The translations under genes were made by a program, and so were the position numbers. The notes beneath the pieces are model-generated. The model was not told where the DNA came from. It ran no database searches and saw nothing but the letters and a program-made list of their open reading frames with translations. Below are positions 11,701-24,289 of a stretch of 52,027 bases of DNA, piece after piece (within the stretch, counting starts at the first letter, position 1; each line of letters begins with the position of its first letter). The stretch is from Basidioascus undulatus (taxonomy: Eukaryota), in the NCBI GenBank assembly GCA_000826855.1, contig JTLS01000014.1:1-52027 (forward strand), read 5' to 3'.

Positions 11701-12727
11701 CATGGCTCACGCCCGCCTTCGGCGCCGCCTGGCGGCCGCCCTATCGACTTCAAGAAGTGCAAGCAGGTGCTCAAAAAGCTCATGGCGATTCCCGAGTCGC
11801 TCATCTTCAACCAGCCTGTCGACCCGATTCTGAACGGATGCCCAACGTGAGTTCCCTCCTGACGCGCGATCTGCACTTTGATCTAATGCGCGACTTCTTC
11901 GCAGATACTGGGACGAGATCAAGCGTATGCGACTTTTGCTGCAGAATGCCGGAGCACTTGCTGACGTGTCCTTCCATGCAGATCCGATGGACTTCGGCAC
12001 CATCATGGCCAAGCTCGACGCCAAGAAGTACTTGACCATGGAGCAGTTCGCGGCTGACGTCGAGCTCGTCTACGCCAACTGCCGAAAGTTCAATGGCGAC
12101 GGCGCGGTCTCCGAGCTTACGCGCGCGACGTGCGACCCGTCTGAGCGCTTCTGGGGGAAGGAGTGGAGCGCCGCCAACACGCCCAAGCTGGCGCCGAACG
12201 AGAAGCGGGCCGCCAGTGCCATGATCAAACAGCTCAAACAGCAGGACAGGTACGCGCGACCATCTGCTCGACCACCAGGTCGCAGGGGATCTGACATCTC
12301 TCGCAGTGCCGTTTGGTTCCTGGCTCCTGTACGGAAAGCTCACGGTCTTTTGGCTCGTTGAAACAACCGCTGATTGAAGAGGGGTTCACCGCAGGTTGAT
12401 CCGGTCGCCCTCAACATCCCGATGTACTTCGAGGTCATCCCGCGCAAGGACGCCCGCGACCTCTCGCTCATCCTGAGCAAGCTCGAGAAAGACCAATACG
12501 CGGACCTGGACGCGCTCGAGGCGGACGTGCAGCTGATGCTCCACAACGCGATCAAGTTCAACGGCCTCAACAGCCCTGTCGGGGAAGCCGCGGAGCGCTT
12601 CGGCGCGGTATTTGCGCAGGCGATCGGCGAGCTGCGCGGCAAAGTGTCCAGCTCGAGCGGGGGCACGAAGCGCAAGGAGGCCGGTGCCGGCGATGGGAGG
12701 TCATCGAAGAAGGCAAAGTTCGGCTAA
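5781..12727 (+). CDS. TAF2: TFIID subunit 2 (M1-aminopeptidase-like fold) with three C-terminal bromodomains, about 21 introns
   Basis: Spliced translation gives MATSREALKRGFSLAHQRVVLELDFSG, ARCWVPCVDSLWERCTWELEF, LAQALATQWSGINI, QFADQWIYGSGCP, GQMTIRIHEADGTPYEH, YEWIRVDADFEW and WVSQLQRDRDVVAQLEA, all Taf2 hallmarks. Three bromodomains follow (WFHQAVDP..YFEIIKNPMDL..YN; IFNQPVDP..PMDF..FN; WFLAPVDP..YFEVI..FN). Stop TAA at 12725-12727. Confidence 0.95.
5822..5897 (+). other. Putative AT-AC intron (TAF2 intron 1)
   Basis: Donor ATGAGT, branch CTGAC at 5869-5873, acceptor TAC. Removal joins TT+A in frame to give RGFSLAHQRVVLELDF. Confidence 0.8.
11101..11148 (+). repeat. Perfect 24-bp tandem duplication encoding APTLAVAP x2
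   Basis: gcccctacgctcgccgtagccccc occurs twice in the TAF2 linker. Confidence 0.9.
11449..11520 (+). repeat. 24-bp coding minisatellite x3 encoding EKSKEKER
   Basis: gagaagagcaaagagaaggagcg(a/c) occurs three times between bromodomains 1 and 2. Confidence 0.9.
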
Positions 12728-13109
12728 TAGCTCTCCTTACACTGGTCCATGCGTTCGCATCTTGTTTCTTGTTGTAATCCTGTATCGCATCGAACCGACA
12801 TGACCGCATTCACATGTTTGCGGTGCTGGGTAAGAGGCGTCGTGTCTGCGATTACCAACCGCAGGCTGGGCTTTTCAATCTGTCGCTCTCGTCTTTGGGA
12901 ATACAGCTCCAGAACATGTCCTGTGACAATGAAAGCAGGAGGAAAGGGATAGCCGAGGCACGCAATCTCGATACGACGCTCGGGCCGGTTCCGAACGGGG
13001 GCGGTTTCTGTTCGTGGACACCTCAGCCTGCCTCCAGACGACGTCCATCTCACTTCACTCCACCCACTCACGGATCAGGAGCGTTGCCCTCACTTTTTCT
13101 CCCAGATTC

Positions 13110-15295
13110 ATGTCTGTATCGCTACACCCACCGTCGGGGAATTCTCCAGGCGCTCAGGCGAGCGTTCCATTGAGGTCCGTCTATCATGTTCCAAGATTTG
13201 CCGGTGGTCACACCGACGTTCCTGACTCCATCTCAGCAGTAGCGCTCTGGGGGACAATCGACCGTTCAAAGTGCTTTTTGTGAGTTTTTTCAGATAACAT
13301 CAAAATGTTGTGAACCGGAAACTCACATTTGGAAATTGACTTGTAGATCGGCGCTGGCAGCGTGCTTTTCGGTATCCTCTGTCTCAGTCCCTTTCTGCAT
13401 CCATGTCGTCTGAACAGGTCTTTGGAAATACCAGGCTCGACCGAGGGCGTCAGTCTCATCAAACTCATAACCAATCCAGCCCGCACTGACATCTCTCATC
13501 TTTCGGTGCAACCCGTTCAGGGATGGAACCACTCGCTTCGCCTTGAGCAGAGACTCGGCCCGTCACGTCTGCAAGTAGTTGGCATCGTCGATATCGCGGA
13601 AGAGCGAGTCCAGGCCATACTGGCTCAAAAACAAGCGAGCTTCGTGGCCCCAGCCTATGCGTCCACTTTACACTTTCGCTCCGTCCAGGAGGCGGCCGCC
13701 CAGCTCACCGGTGGCCGCGAGCCTGAGTACGTGCTCATGAACCAGTTCTGGCGGTGCACAATCTTGAAGAATCTAAACGCTTATTACTGGAGTCCTCGCA
13801 GTCTTATCTTCAACGGCACGCCGCCGGCTCTTCGCGGCCAGACGACCCCCGGCGCAGATCTCGACCTACAGACCCTCACCTGCTTTCCGCACTCGGTGCA
13901 TTTCGTCGAGAAGCCCGTCTCGACCGGGACGGCCAAGGAGGCTACCTTGGTTGGGCAGCACTTCTCCAAAAGCAACGCACCCTCAGGCGTCGGTTATTTC
14001 CTTCGGTATTCCAAAGGTCAGTCCTTGAGATCGGTCTGGAAAGATAGGCTCACACCCATGGGAACGGTGTATAGCGGTACAGATGATGAAGAAGATACTC
14101 GAGGAAAGCAACTCGAAGGTCATGCTCATCATGGCACGCTACATCATGGCGTACGAATTCTCGCGAAAGCAGGCATGGTGGGATAAGGCCAAAGAGTATG
14201 TCATAGTTTTCCGCATCCTTAAAGCTTGCTCCCTTTGAGTTGACACTGTTACGTGTACATTCAGCTGTGGCCCGATTGTGGAGCAAGGTACGCATCGACG
14301 ATATACAGCCAAGCACAGCGTCAGCTTGACTGCTCTTTCTTTCCCGTAATCGCACCTGTGTCTTGTTTTTCAGCCAGTTAGTAATCTGAATAGCTTTTAT
14401 ATCAGAGTCGGCACTAATGGTTCGTCCTCCTCCAGCGCATTTCTGCGACCTGGCCCGCTATTTCGGCGGCGAGGTCGATCTTGCGACTGTCAGCGCCCAC
14501 GCCGTAGAGGCGCACGAAGGGCTGGGTAAACTGTCGCTTATCCACGAGTCCGTGCGAGAGTATGAGATCCCAATGGACCAAAGGATCCCCCGCGTCACGA
14601 GCGCAACATGGTGCGTGCCCGCTGCGTTCTCTGCTCACCATTGGTCATTTCCGCCGATCCCAGTTTGATGACCAACGCTGACATCCTTTGTTTCGAGCAC
14701 TTCAGGAAGTTCAAGAACGGGGCGGTGGGCTCTCTTACGCACGGCGTCATTCTGCATGGGAATCAATTCTCGACAGAGCTCATCGTTTGTACGCTGCTGT
14801 CCCATCCCGTTTCGCCTCAGCTGTCTTGTTCCACTGACAGCTCGGTTGTTGGCCATGGTCCAGATGCCGACGGCGTCGAGCTTCGTCTGAACGACCCGTA
14901 TCGCCACCCGACGCTGCACGTTCGACGTCCCGGCAGCGATACCGAAGAAGTCCACACCTTCGGTGCGTTGGGTGATGGTGCTTCGTGTCAAGTCGCGCTG
15001 ACCGCCGTCACTGGCCGTTGTACTCTTCCTGTCGTATCTAGAGGACGATGCGTTTTTGGGCGAGATTTCGGCCTTTTGCGACGCAACAGAAGCCTATCGC
15101 CGCGGAGAAGAGGCGCCAAGCGGGTTGGGCATCTTGAGCTCGTACGAGGATGCAGTGCGCACTTATGAGCTGACTTGGGCAATTGTGCGTCTTTTCTGCC
15201 CATTCTTATTTTTTTTACATATCATACAGGACGTTGAAACGCGCTGTCGCTCACAGCGGGAGGCTAGCGAGAGAAGCCAGGAGCCGAAGGTCTGA
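13110..15295 (+). CDS. NAD(P)-binding Gfo/Idh/MocA-type oxidoreductase (YMR315W-like), multi-exon with microexons
   Basis: Spliced: PFKVLF-IGAGSVLF-GSTEG-GWNHSLRLEQRL, HFVEKPVST, VGYFLRY, WWDKAKDCGPIVEQATHFCDLARYFGGEVD, WKFKNGAVGSLTHG, ILSSYEDAVRTYELTWAIREASE. Contains the Rossmann GxG and EKP motifs. Confidence 0.9.
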
Positions 15296-15654
15296 ACCTG
15301 ATGCAACGCTGTAGTCTGTACTGCATGAGCATTGTCAGCGAGTAATTTGCGGTGCCGTTCTTGGACTAAGCAGGCTGCTGTATTGGCGATAAGGACTCCA
15401 TGGATTTTTTATGGTTGAGAGATAAGCGGTGCAAGCAAATTGAGACTGTCTCGAAGCTTTTCCGATCTTTCGAGTTGAGGTTATCCCGCCTGCTTCACTT
15501 CTATGCTACGAAACATAGCAGCCCTTTCCTGGTTATCACGAGCTAGTCAACGCGCAAGATGTGAAAAGGACCGATGATGCGATGCGAATGCGGTGATGTC
15601 TAAGTGTACAGGCGTAGGATTACAAGCAAAAGCGGGGGATACGCGCTCTTTTTT

Positions 15655-17610
15655 CTAGTCGACGAACTTGACGCGCAGCGAGAGCTGGAAGGGGAGGTTG
15701 CCGGCCGTAATGAGCACGTCGTCCCCGTCCTGGAGCAGTTCCGAGACGAGCTTCTCCAAGTTCGGACGCGTCGCCTCCTCGAGCTGCGGTGGCGCCTGGA
15801 GGTAGAGCTGCTTGCTGCCAGACGAAAGCGACGGCTTCTTGATCTGGCTGTCGATCGGCACGACGTCAGTGACAGATCCCGGACTTCCATATGCACAGCA
15901 CCAGCACGCACATGTCGTTGCGCTCGGCGAGGCTGTCGATGAAGCACTGCAGGTCCCAGGTGCGCGGCACGTCGACGTCGACCGTCTCGCCGCCGCAGAC
16001 GGGGCAGTCGGGCTTCTTCTCGTGCTCGAACGTGAAGGTGTAGACGCCCTCGTTGCCGACGTACATCATGTAGTTGTTCAGGTACGGCGCCGACGTCGTC
16101 GCGATTTTGAAAGCTTCGTTGCAGGAGGAGGCTGTACAACAGAAGGGCATGTCAGGTCCAACGGAATGCGGGACTGGGAAATGAGTGGAGAGAATATAGG
16201 ACGGGTAGATGTGAGGAGGCGAAAGACGGACCGGCGATGATGGCGTTCGTCGAGGCGATGGCTGGAATGATGTTCTTGACGACACCTTGCGTGAGCGACC
16301 AGGTGACGCCCTCGATGTTGAACTGCTGCGCGCGCTTGGACGCCGTCTCGAAGAGCCATGCGATGTGCTCCGGGTCGTCGGTATCCAGCTTCTTGTCTGT
16401 AACCCTGTTTAGTCGGTATCCTTGGAAACGGACAGAAGGGAGCCTTAGCGGAAAGGTACCTCCGAAGACGCGCGGCCACTCTAGCACGGACGCCCATTCG
16501 ATACAGTGCTCGGGCAGGCGAGGCGTGTTGGCGATGGTGCAGATGGGGAACGCGGTCGGCGGGGTGAGCATGTCGAGCGTGCACTCGTAGCAGGACGTGA
16601 TGGTGGGCAGGATGACGCGGGATTGGCCCTTGAAGCCTAGGAGCGACGTGAGTCAGTTTCACTCTCACAACCGCACTCGCTCGACGCAGCGCTCACCTTC
16701 CGTGCCGCCGTCGATGAGCGGCTTGAGCGACTCGGGGTTCTCCGGGTCCACCATGTTGACGAGCGTGGCGTTGATCCAGCGGCGAGCCTCGACGGAGTCG
16801 AGACCGCAGATGACGAGGTTGAACTGCATGTAGTAGTTCTCTCCGTGGTCCTGGATCTTGCCGTGATACCTGCATAATCCCCACCAATCGTAGTCAGCAT
16901 TGGAGTTCGCACTTCTTCATGGAACGCACGTACGGCGTGACCTTGACACCGGGGACGCGGTTCATAATGAACTCGGCGGCAACCTCGGCCTTCGACTTGC
17001 CGATGTCCTTGGGACTGCACGTGTAGAGCCATCAGGACATGACCTTTGTGAAAGGGAAGAGATTTTGGCGAACCGGAAGAGGAACTGGCGGTTGAGGTTG
17101 GAGATGTCAATGGTGTCCTGGAAGAGTAAGAACGTGAGTGAGGAGTAAAAACAGAATGGACGATAATGCATGTGCAAGCGAAGTCGCGGTCCTCAGCACG
17201 GGACACTCCGTCGCTGCCACCTGGACGATTGCGACCCACCCAAGGCCTCCAGCCCTGGCTATCCTAAACCCACACCGCACAACGTCTCTTCATTCTCAAA
17301 ACCGCCATCTGCTCACTCACCATGTCGATAACGTGGATGTCCCTGAACCCCGTGAGCGCCAGGTTCGCCAGGATCTCGCATCCCAGCCCGCCCGCGCCGA
17401 TGACCAGGATCTTGCACTGATCCCTCAGGAAGCTCTTGACCTGAAAGTATCTCGCATGAGCTTATTGATACCAGCGATCGAGCACCGGAGACGTACTGGC
17501 TCGCCTGGAATGAAGCCCTCCTCAGTCAGCGGGCCAGGGCGATTGAGGATGTTGTCGATGTGTGCATAGCGCTCGGTGTCCGCGATCGAGGGTTGCATAA
17601 CGTCAGCCAT
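15655..17610 (-). CDS. UBA3: NEDD8-activating enzyme E1 catalytic subunit
   Basis: [89 protein letters not shown] and a C-terminal E2-binding region QIKKPSL...[17 protein letters not shown]. Confidence 0.96.
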
Positions 17611-18032
17611 TTCAAAAGGATATTGTGTGTTTTCAGGTGTGAGTATGCGCGCGGACGGTAAGCTGGATGCTTGGAGACGACGGCAAGAGGCAGGACGCGA
17701 GGAGCTCGCGGCGAGCCTGGTGCGCGACCATCGTCAGCAGGATGAGGTAACCAGCACCCCAGAAGACAGCTGGACGTCCAAGTTGCTCCTGCATAAGGTG
17801 CAACTTTCTCTTTGCAGGTCACATAGAACTTGGGAGATAAATTGGACCAGAGTGTGACGATTACTCTCAGTCAACATGTCATCTACTTACGTTTCACTGT
17901 GCACGACTGCTGACCCGACTCGCTACAGTTCCCCCTTCGGGGTGTTGGGAATTGCCTGTGTCAAAAGACGACACAGGGCCAGGATACACACAAGGCCGTC
18001 TGAGACTGTTTAAGTGCCTGGATGGAGTCGAC

Positions 18033-18887
18033 TCATCGCGAAGAAGCGAAAGCCCGCAGTCGACCTTTCTCCAGAATCTCTGAGCCCACGAGTCTCCCTG
18101 TTTCTATTCCCTGCAAGGTAGCTCAGTGAATGCGGCATGCGTCAGCAGGTGAAATGGCTAACCAACTCCTGGAGAATTATTGTGGGTATCATGGCAATGC
18201 CCCACGCTGGGCTTCGATATGCGTTCTCGGGCGAGGTCCATCCGCATTCAAAAAGGTCTTGTGAGGGATGGGACATGGTAACTTCTCGTTGGACGGCGAC
18301 GGCTGCTTACTCATATCTTTGACCGACCCAAACAATTACCGCAGTTGGTCCATCATCGGGTTCGAAAACCTCAGAAACGATGGGAGCAACTCTGTCGTCA
18401 AGCAGTCGTATGTAAGACTGTGCCGCTAGTGGGCATGAATCTCACTCACCTTCGGCAGTCCTCGTCCCACATCTGCCCTGTTCCAGGGTCGATCGAGCTA
18501 TAGAAAACTAGGAACAAGACTCGTGGACCTGGAGGTACGGCTCGCCGGATACTCCTCAGCGCGCTTCGAAGCAGCAGAGCGTTGGGGGCGGTAAACGGTG
18601 TCGGATTGTGGTGGTTTTCCAGCTGAGCCGGTACCACAGCCTGATGTCAGCTGAGCGCCCGAAACACTGATTTGATGTCCCGAGCGTACGAGGAGGGGAT
18701 CAATTGCCCAGCTTGTAGTAGGACTTTGCGGTGAGGACGTCGGCAGAAGCAACCTTGATACATCGTCCTGCTCGTCGCCGATACCTGTCCCCTGCGTATT
18801 GGAAGAGTCGTCGAACGCTTGGGCAGAAAACCAGCTATCGAAGCCCATTGTCACAGCTGCAGTGCAGTGGTCGGTGGGCTCTGCCAT
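18033..18887 (-). CDS. Second N-terminally extended TRP14/DUF953-like paralog (WDEDC); one acceptor is GG, so possibly a pseudogene
   Basis: Spliced: ...AIDPLL-LENHHNPTPFTAPNAL...LFLVFYSSIDPGTGQMWDEDCRR-VAPIVSEVFEPDDGPTAVIVWVGQRYE-WTSPENAYRSPAWGIAMIPTIILQEL-GIETGRLVGSEILEKGRLRAFASSR*. Start is 18887 or 18848. Confidence 0.8.
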
Positions 18888-20094
18888 CAGGCGGGGACGG
18901 CCTTGCTGTTCCTCGTCGCGCGTGACAGGAAGCTCGTGCAGCGGCCCGTCGGGCAGACCGCATGGGGATCTTCACAGTCAACGTATCCCTTGTGCTGCAT
19001 TCCACTCGACTGGGCACCAACATTACACCTCCTCATTAAACCCAATCCTCTGATTCGCACCGACAAGTTTATCGCCCGATTCCTCGTCGATACTCAACGA
19101 CAGCCTCTTCTCCTGGTCCAGCCAGGTCTAGTGCCCCTTTCTTCCTGCAGCACATAATGCAGCGTTTCCAGATGTTCCGGAGACTTGGTGCGTGCCAGTA
19201 GAACTGCTATCTGATGGTCCGGCTGGCTCACAAATCTCTATTGGTAGTTCGGAAGTTGCCCCGCGCTCGGCTGCACACCCCGCCTGGAGTCATTGAAGGA
19301 GCATCTTTTGTGACTGGGATTGTCCTCGGGTGTATGACCGTTGAGCGGGTGTGGGGATCAGGTCGAGATCTTTGAATCGAAGCGAGATTGAGCCATTCCT
19401 TGACAACAAAAGAATCATGTTCGCGAAGGCAGCATTGTCTAGAGCAGCCATGGCAACGACAGTGCCCTTGTGTTTGGCAGCTTGCTAGACTTTGTACAAC
19501 TATTGAGTGTCTCAATAAGCAATAATAAAAATGGAACATTTAATTTGACATTAATTTGAATCCCATATTTCTGTGGGCAGAATCGGAGTGCGCGCATTGA
19601 AGGTAATCATCCCCAGGATCGCGCCTCGCACCTTGCAACAGGGATGTTTGCAGGGAGCCGCTCCTATAGGTTATTCCCGGAAGACCCCGATGTGGAATTA
19701 TCGGGTTTTATAACATTAAGGCCTCACAGACACTTTCGGACCAGACAGTTTGGAACCCGGGAAGAAGCCGCAGACATCGAAGACCCGTGTATTAATCACT
19801 GCATGCCAGGCACGTCCCAGGCCTGCATTTCCCAGACGAAAGGGAAAAGCCGGACTTCCTTTGGAGCTCGAACCTTACATCCTGAGTTATAGCCTTTTTC
19901 TATATTTCCTCTATTCTTATCCAGCAAGCAGACAGATCGATTGAGCTTACCGGTGGATACATCCGCCCGGGTTGACCGCTCACGCTCATTCCTCAGTCAC
20001 TCAGGACTCGCACACTGTGGCGCTTGGCCCTTCACGGCTAACCGCTGCTCCCTCGTTCACCTGAGTCCTCTTTCTTCTCTCCACCGTTTCAAGA

Positions 20095-21500
20095 ATGTCT
20101 ATTCCCGCCAATAATCAACAGGGCGGAAGTCCAGGTTCTGAAGCTCTCCCTCGCCGGTTTCCCCTCGACATCCGGGCCGCGCGCGAACACGGCGACTTCC
20201 TCCAAATGCAGTTGGAAAAACTTCGAGAATATTTCAGCTGTTTCTCGAAGCACGACCAGAAGCGCCTTATTGGGCCAACTTCACGACGAGGCCATCGGTC
20301 TTGCAACTCGCTCGCCCCCACCTCTCGGCCGACGAGGTCGTACACGTCGTATGGCGGTGAACGGGACCGTCTTAAGGTTTTGTCCCCTTCAAGGGGAGCT
20401 CCGGCCCCGTGGAAATTTGGGAAGTTATAGTGAGGTCCCTTGCCGCGGACCAGAAGGCGCTTCAAGCGCTCAATTTTACGTCCTCGGTCCTGAACGGCAT
20501 TGCGACCCCGTTGTGACTTCAAAGCTCTATGTAGTAAAGTGGGCTTTGTTAGGTTTTCATGTCCAGCTGCTATATGCAACCCCCGTCTTCCGCAGCGACA
20601 CAGCGTAGGTGTTCGTGGATGCACAGCGTCCTTCGTGGCTGACATTCTTATCTTCAAGGGTAGCATGTTGTCTTTCCTACGGCACAGCGACGCCAGATTC
20701 ACTACCGTCTTCGATATCTCGGACGTTCACAAAAGAAACTTTCCGGACTACGCGATGTCGTGAGTCCAACTCAACTTGTATGCCTGCGAGATTTCTCACA
20801 GGAGGCTCCCCTTCATTCAGCCCTATTCGGTTCATGACCTACCTCCTCCCATTCACCGGCATCACTCACCTGGTCTTTCGGGGGGACGAGGACATCATCA
20901 AGCGGAAGAACCATTGAGGATGTGCTTGCGAGCGAGCCTTTCAACGCAATGCGTCGTCGTCTACAGGTCCTCTCGAACCCTCCCGGTCCAGATGCAAACT
21001 GGCTCTTCTCTGCTCTCACAGCAGATGCGGTAGCCGGGTGTAGCAGTTTACGGAAGCTCGGGCTCGAGACGTATATTGACCGAGACGCATTCCTTGAGTT
21101 CCTCGCGGTCGTCAGTGAGGGCCATCTGCCACGCCTGGACTGGATTGCGTTGTCGGCGGAGCAGGTGCGTATGACTAAACCCCTTGCTTGAATGTGAATA
21201 TTGTAAGACTGGCTCAATTCAAGGTTGACTGGGGAGACGAGGGAGTGGATTACCAAGGACTCGACACACTCGCAGACCTCTCGCTCGCCTCGCAGCAGAG
21301 CCTGCGTGTCGTCTGGTCATGACCTTCGACGTGCGCATGGAGAACATACAGAATAGAGACCAGCATCGGAAGTCGGTTTAAATTGCATTGGAAAGGAGAG
21401 GGCTGACCTTTCCTCTTCCTGCTTATCAAGGGTGGGCCGAGGCGTGGCCACATCAGTTTAGGGACGGGTCTGAACTGTCGAGCGTAGCAAGTCCTGAGTA
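20095..21500 (+). pseudogene. Degenerate F-box/LRR-type protein relic
   Basis: Fragmented frames with LRR-like segments (FTGITHLVFRG; CSSLRKLGLETY; HLPRLDWIAL) broken by stops and frameshifts. Family call is tentative. Confidence 0.4.
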
Positions 21501-23203
21501 CGATCTTTATTATGACGACGAAGACTACGAATACTACCCGGAACCTTGAGAGGAGGGTGTTTCGCACTACCTGGATCGTGACTAGAATTCAGAAACAGTT
21601 GGTTTTCTGCCTGTCGGTGCAGCAGCCTCCATGGCACGCCCTCCTCTAGAGTGATTCGAGTACCGAGGGCAGAACCAAAGGCCCATGCCCAAAGCCTCCC
21701 TTCGACCAGTAATTTTTAGCAAGGAGGAGGTAGACACAGGCATCCAGAGAACTGCGGACAGGCAATGTGGGCACCGCCGTTTATGGTTTATGGCATAGCC
21801 TTCGATGAAGACAAGACGGCGTCAACCACCAAGGAGCTTCCCATGAATTAGTTGAATGTATCGGCTAGACAAGTATCGCAGGCTCATTGTCTGTCAAGGT
21901 AAATATACCGAGGCATACAGGCTGAAGCAGTCGGCAGTCAACCGTGGCAGCCGGAGGTTGGCCGACAGTCGGCGAGAAGGTCCAGGAAATCCGCACTGCA
22001 CTCCGATTCCCGCCTGCCTTCCCATGCCAGAAGAGGATTTGTTGGTCTTTAGAGAACGTTAATCTCTGTTTTTATCAGTCCGACACTTCAACACACCCCG
22101 AACAACCTCCGCAAGGTCAGGAAGGTGAAGCCGGTGCAGTCTCCACGCGTTCGCTTACCTTGCGGCATATCCTTCCGCACACTTCTCCTGGAGACTTCCC
22201 CATTCCGAACCTTCGTTAATTACCTTGTAGTCCAGGACGACACTCAGATCCCAGGCTGTTGCAGAAGGAGCGACCAAGGCCGTCAGCCTGGGGTCGCTGG
22301 AGGTAAGCTGGGCCGTAGATGCTGGTTTCATAAGTGGTGGTATGTAAAGTCTCAGACGAAATGGGAAAGTGCGAGAACTGGGAAGCTGCAAAGTACTCTG
22401 TTGGGGTAAAGTGCCGTCGAAAAGCGCCTGAACGTTCAAGGTTTCCCTCGAGGGAAATGCCTGCAGCCCCGATTCCTCACCCTCCCATACTGCGAACACT
22501 GTTTCACTGTGGTTCAAAGATGCTTTTAAAGTGGCTTTTCACGGTGCGCATGAGTCAATTGGGGGCGGGAAGAGACCGGACGCCGCGTAATGGGCTGACC
22601 GTTGCGGCTGCGTCTTGAAGCAGCTGAACGTTTAAGCAGCTAAACGTTTCCTGCGGACTGGGCGGCATAGACCGCAAGTGGAAAAACTACAACATTATCT
22701 GAGGAGGTTTCAATTGAAGTCTTTGACACAACTGGGTCGTGCTGAGGGCGGGGATGATAATCTTGCTGAACGAATGTGAATCAGTCTCTCAGCGTCAACT
22801 GCGTACCAGCTTTTAAAAGGGAGAGACATAAATCGACTGGCCTTTCGGAATAAAAAGGTGTTTCTCGGTATTCGTAGAGGTCCCTCCGCGATGCAAATGA
22901 TGTCGCAGCCACGGGGAAAGTAACATGCTTGCCCACTCGCCCAGAGTCGAACGACAACTGTCATGGCACATGAAGCTGAAGCAGATCTCTCCCTACAATG
23001 TGATATCATATTCCTGATAGTTAGTGGCCAAGCCACATCGCACGTTGTGAAACGCGGCCGTCTGCTGACCACGTACATGCTCAACACCACTGCAAGGGAC
23101 CGCCCGGTCTTTGGCTCTCAACCACCACCATGGCTCTCGCCCTTCGGGCCCAACATCAGCTCGAGTCCCTCCACCTCACACAAGCCAAACATCTGCTGCT
23201 TAA

Positions 23204-24080
23204 TGATGTTCTCTGAGCAAACCCTCACATTCACCCGGATGGTTCTCTCTGTCGAACTCATGCTCCTCGTCGTCGAGGCCCTCCGCAAGGACAAGACCGT
23301 CCCCACGCTGTTCCTGCTCTCGCTTCACCTTCTCTCTCGCACTCTGGATCCGCTCCTCAGCCCCATCATCTTCCATCGAGTCGAGCTTAGTACCAGGCGT
23401 GCGCTCCATCACTTCTCGGATCTCACCTTCCACCAGCGGCCCGACATCACCGGCTCGTAGTCGATCTGGTGCTGGACTACGGCGCCGAACCTGTGGGTCG
23501 CGTCCTCGCGGCTTGCAAGCACATCCGGTCGCTCCATCTGCACATCGACGAACACTTCTTCGGGGTCGACATGTTCGAAGGTTTCTTGGAGGTGAAGGAC
23601 CGCTTCTTCGACTACTTCCCGCGATCAGAGATGCCTACCTATCCTTGGTATCCAGCTCACTCAAAGCTTTAACGACCTCAAGTTCGCGGTCTCAGTGCTC
23701 GAGGAGCTCCTTGAAGACTCTTCCAACTATCACATCTTCGCTAATTTTCAAGAAGTCCGCCTTTCTGGAGCGTAGTCACTGCTCGCAGGGCTCATTCTCC
23801 GGCACAAGACGTTTGAAAGGATCGTACTCGAGCTCGGACCATGTGCAGTACCTCTGAACCAGGAATATGCGGTCGAGCTGGCCCGGAACCATCGCCTGGG
23901 GTCGTTGGAGATCCGCGAGCTGTCGAAGAATGAGCCCGCAATCGTGAGCAACAAGATACACTTTGTGACTGAGGTCTGAGCTTTGGGCGGAGGGGTGTCG
24001 GAAGGGTGCTCTTGTACGGCTGTTTGGTTCGGCCTTCCAAATGAAACATCCGTTCTTCATCTCGTGAAGCGCTGAGCTGA
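23204..24080 (+). pseudogene. Degenerate F-box-like protein
   Basis: LSVELMLLVVEAL...LLSRTLDPLLSPIIFHRVEL is an F-box-like start. A frameshift near 23450 leads into VVDLVLDY...VLAACKHIRSLHL, followed by several stops. Confidence 0.55.
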
Positions 24081-24289
24081 CCAAGAAGGGAACTCCTAAA
24101 TTGCCTGTCTATATTCAACGCATACGGCAACAGGCTCTATGAAACATTCGATGTGAACTTTCCGGCACGATGAGCGATGTGTGACCTCGCTTTTCTGGCT
24201 GCATACCTTCGTGTGGGTCGGTAAGGAGCGGCCACTCGGACGTCCCTTCAGAAAAGATGAAAATGCATCGGAGAACGTCGTAGAGATCA

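Noticed and set aside
22618..22649. 16-bp tandem duplication AAGCAGCT[GA]AACGTTT
   Set aside because: Only two adjacent units and no spacers. Not a CRISPR array, and no function is supportable.
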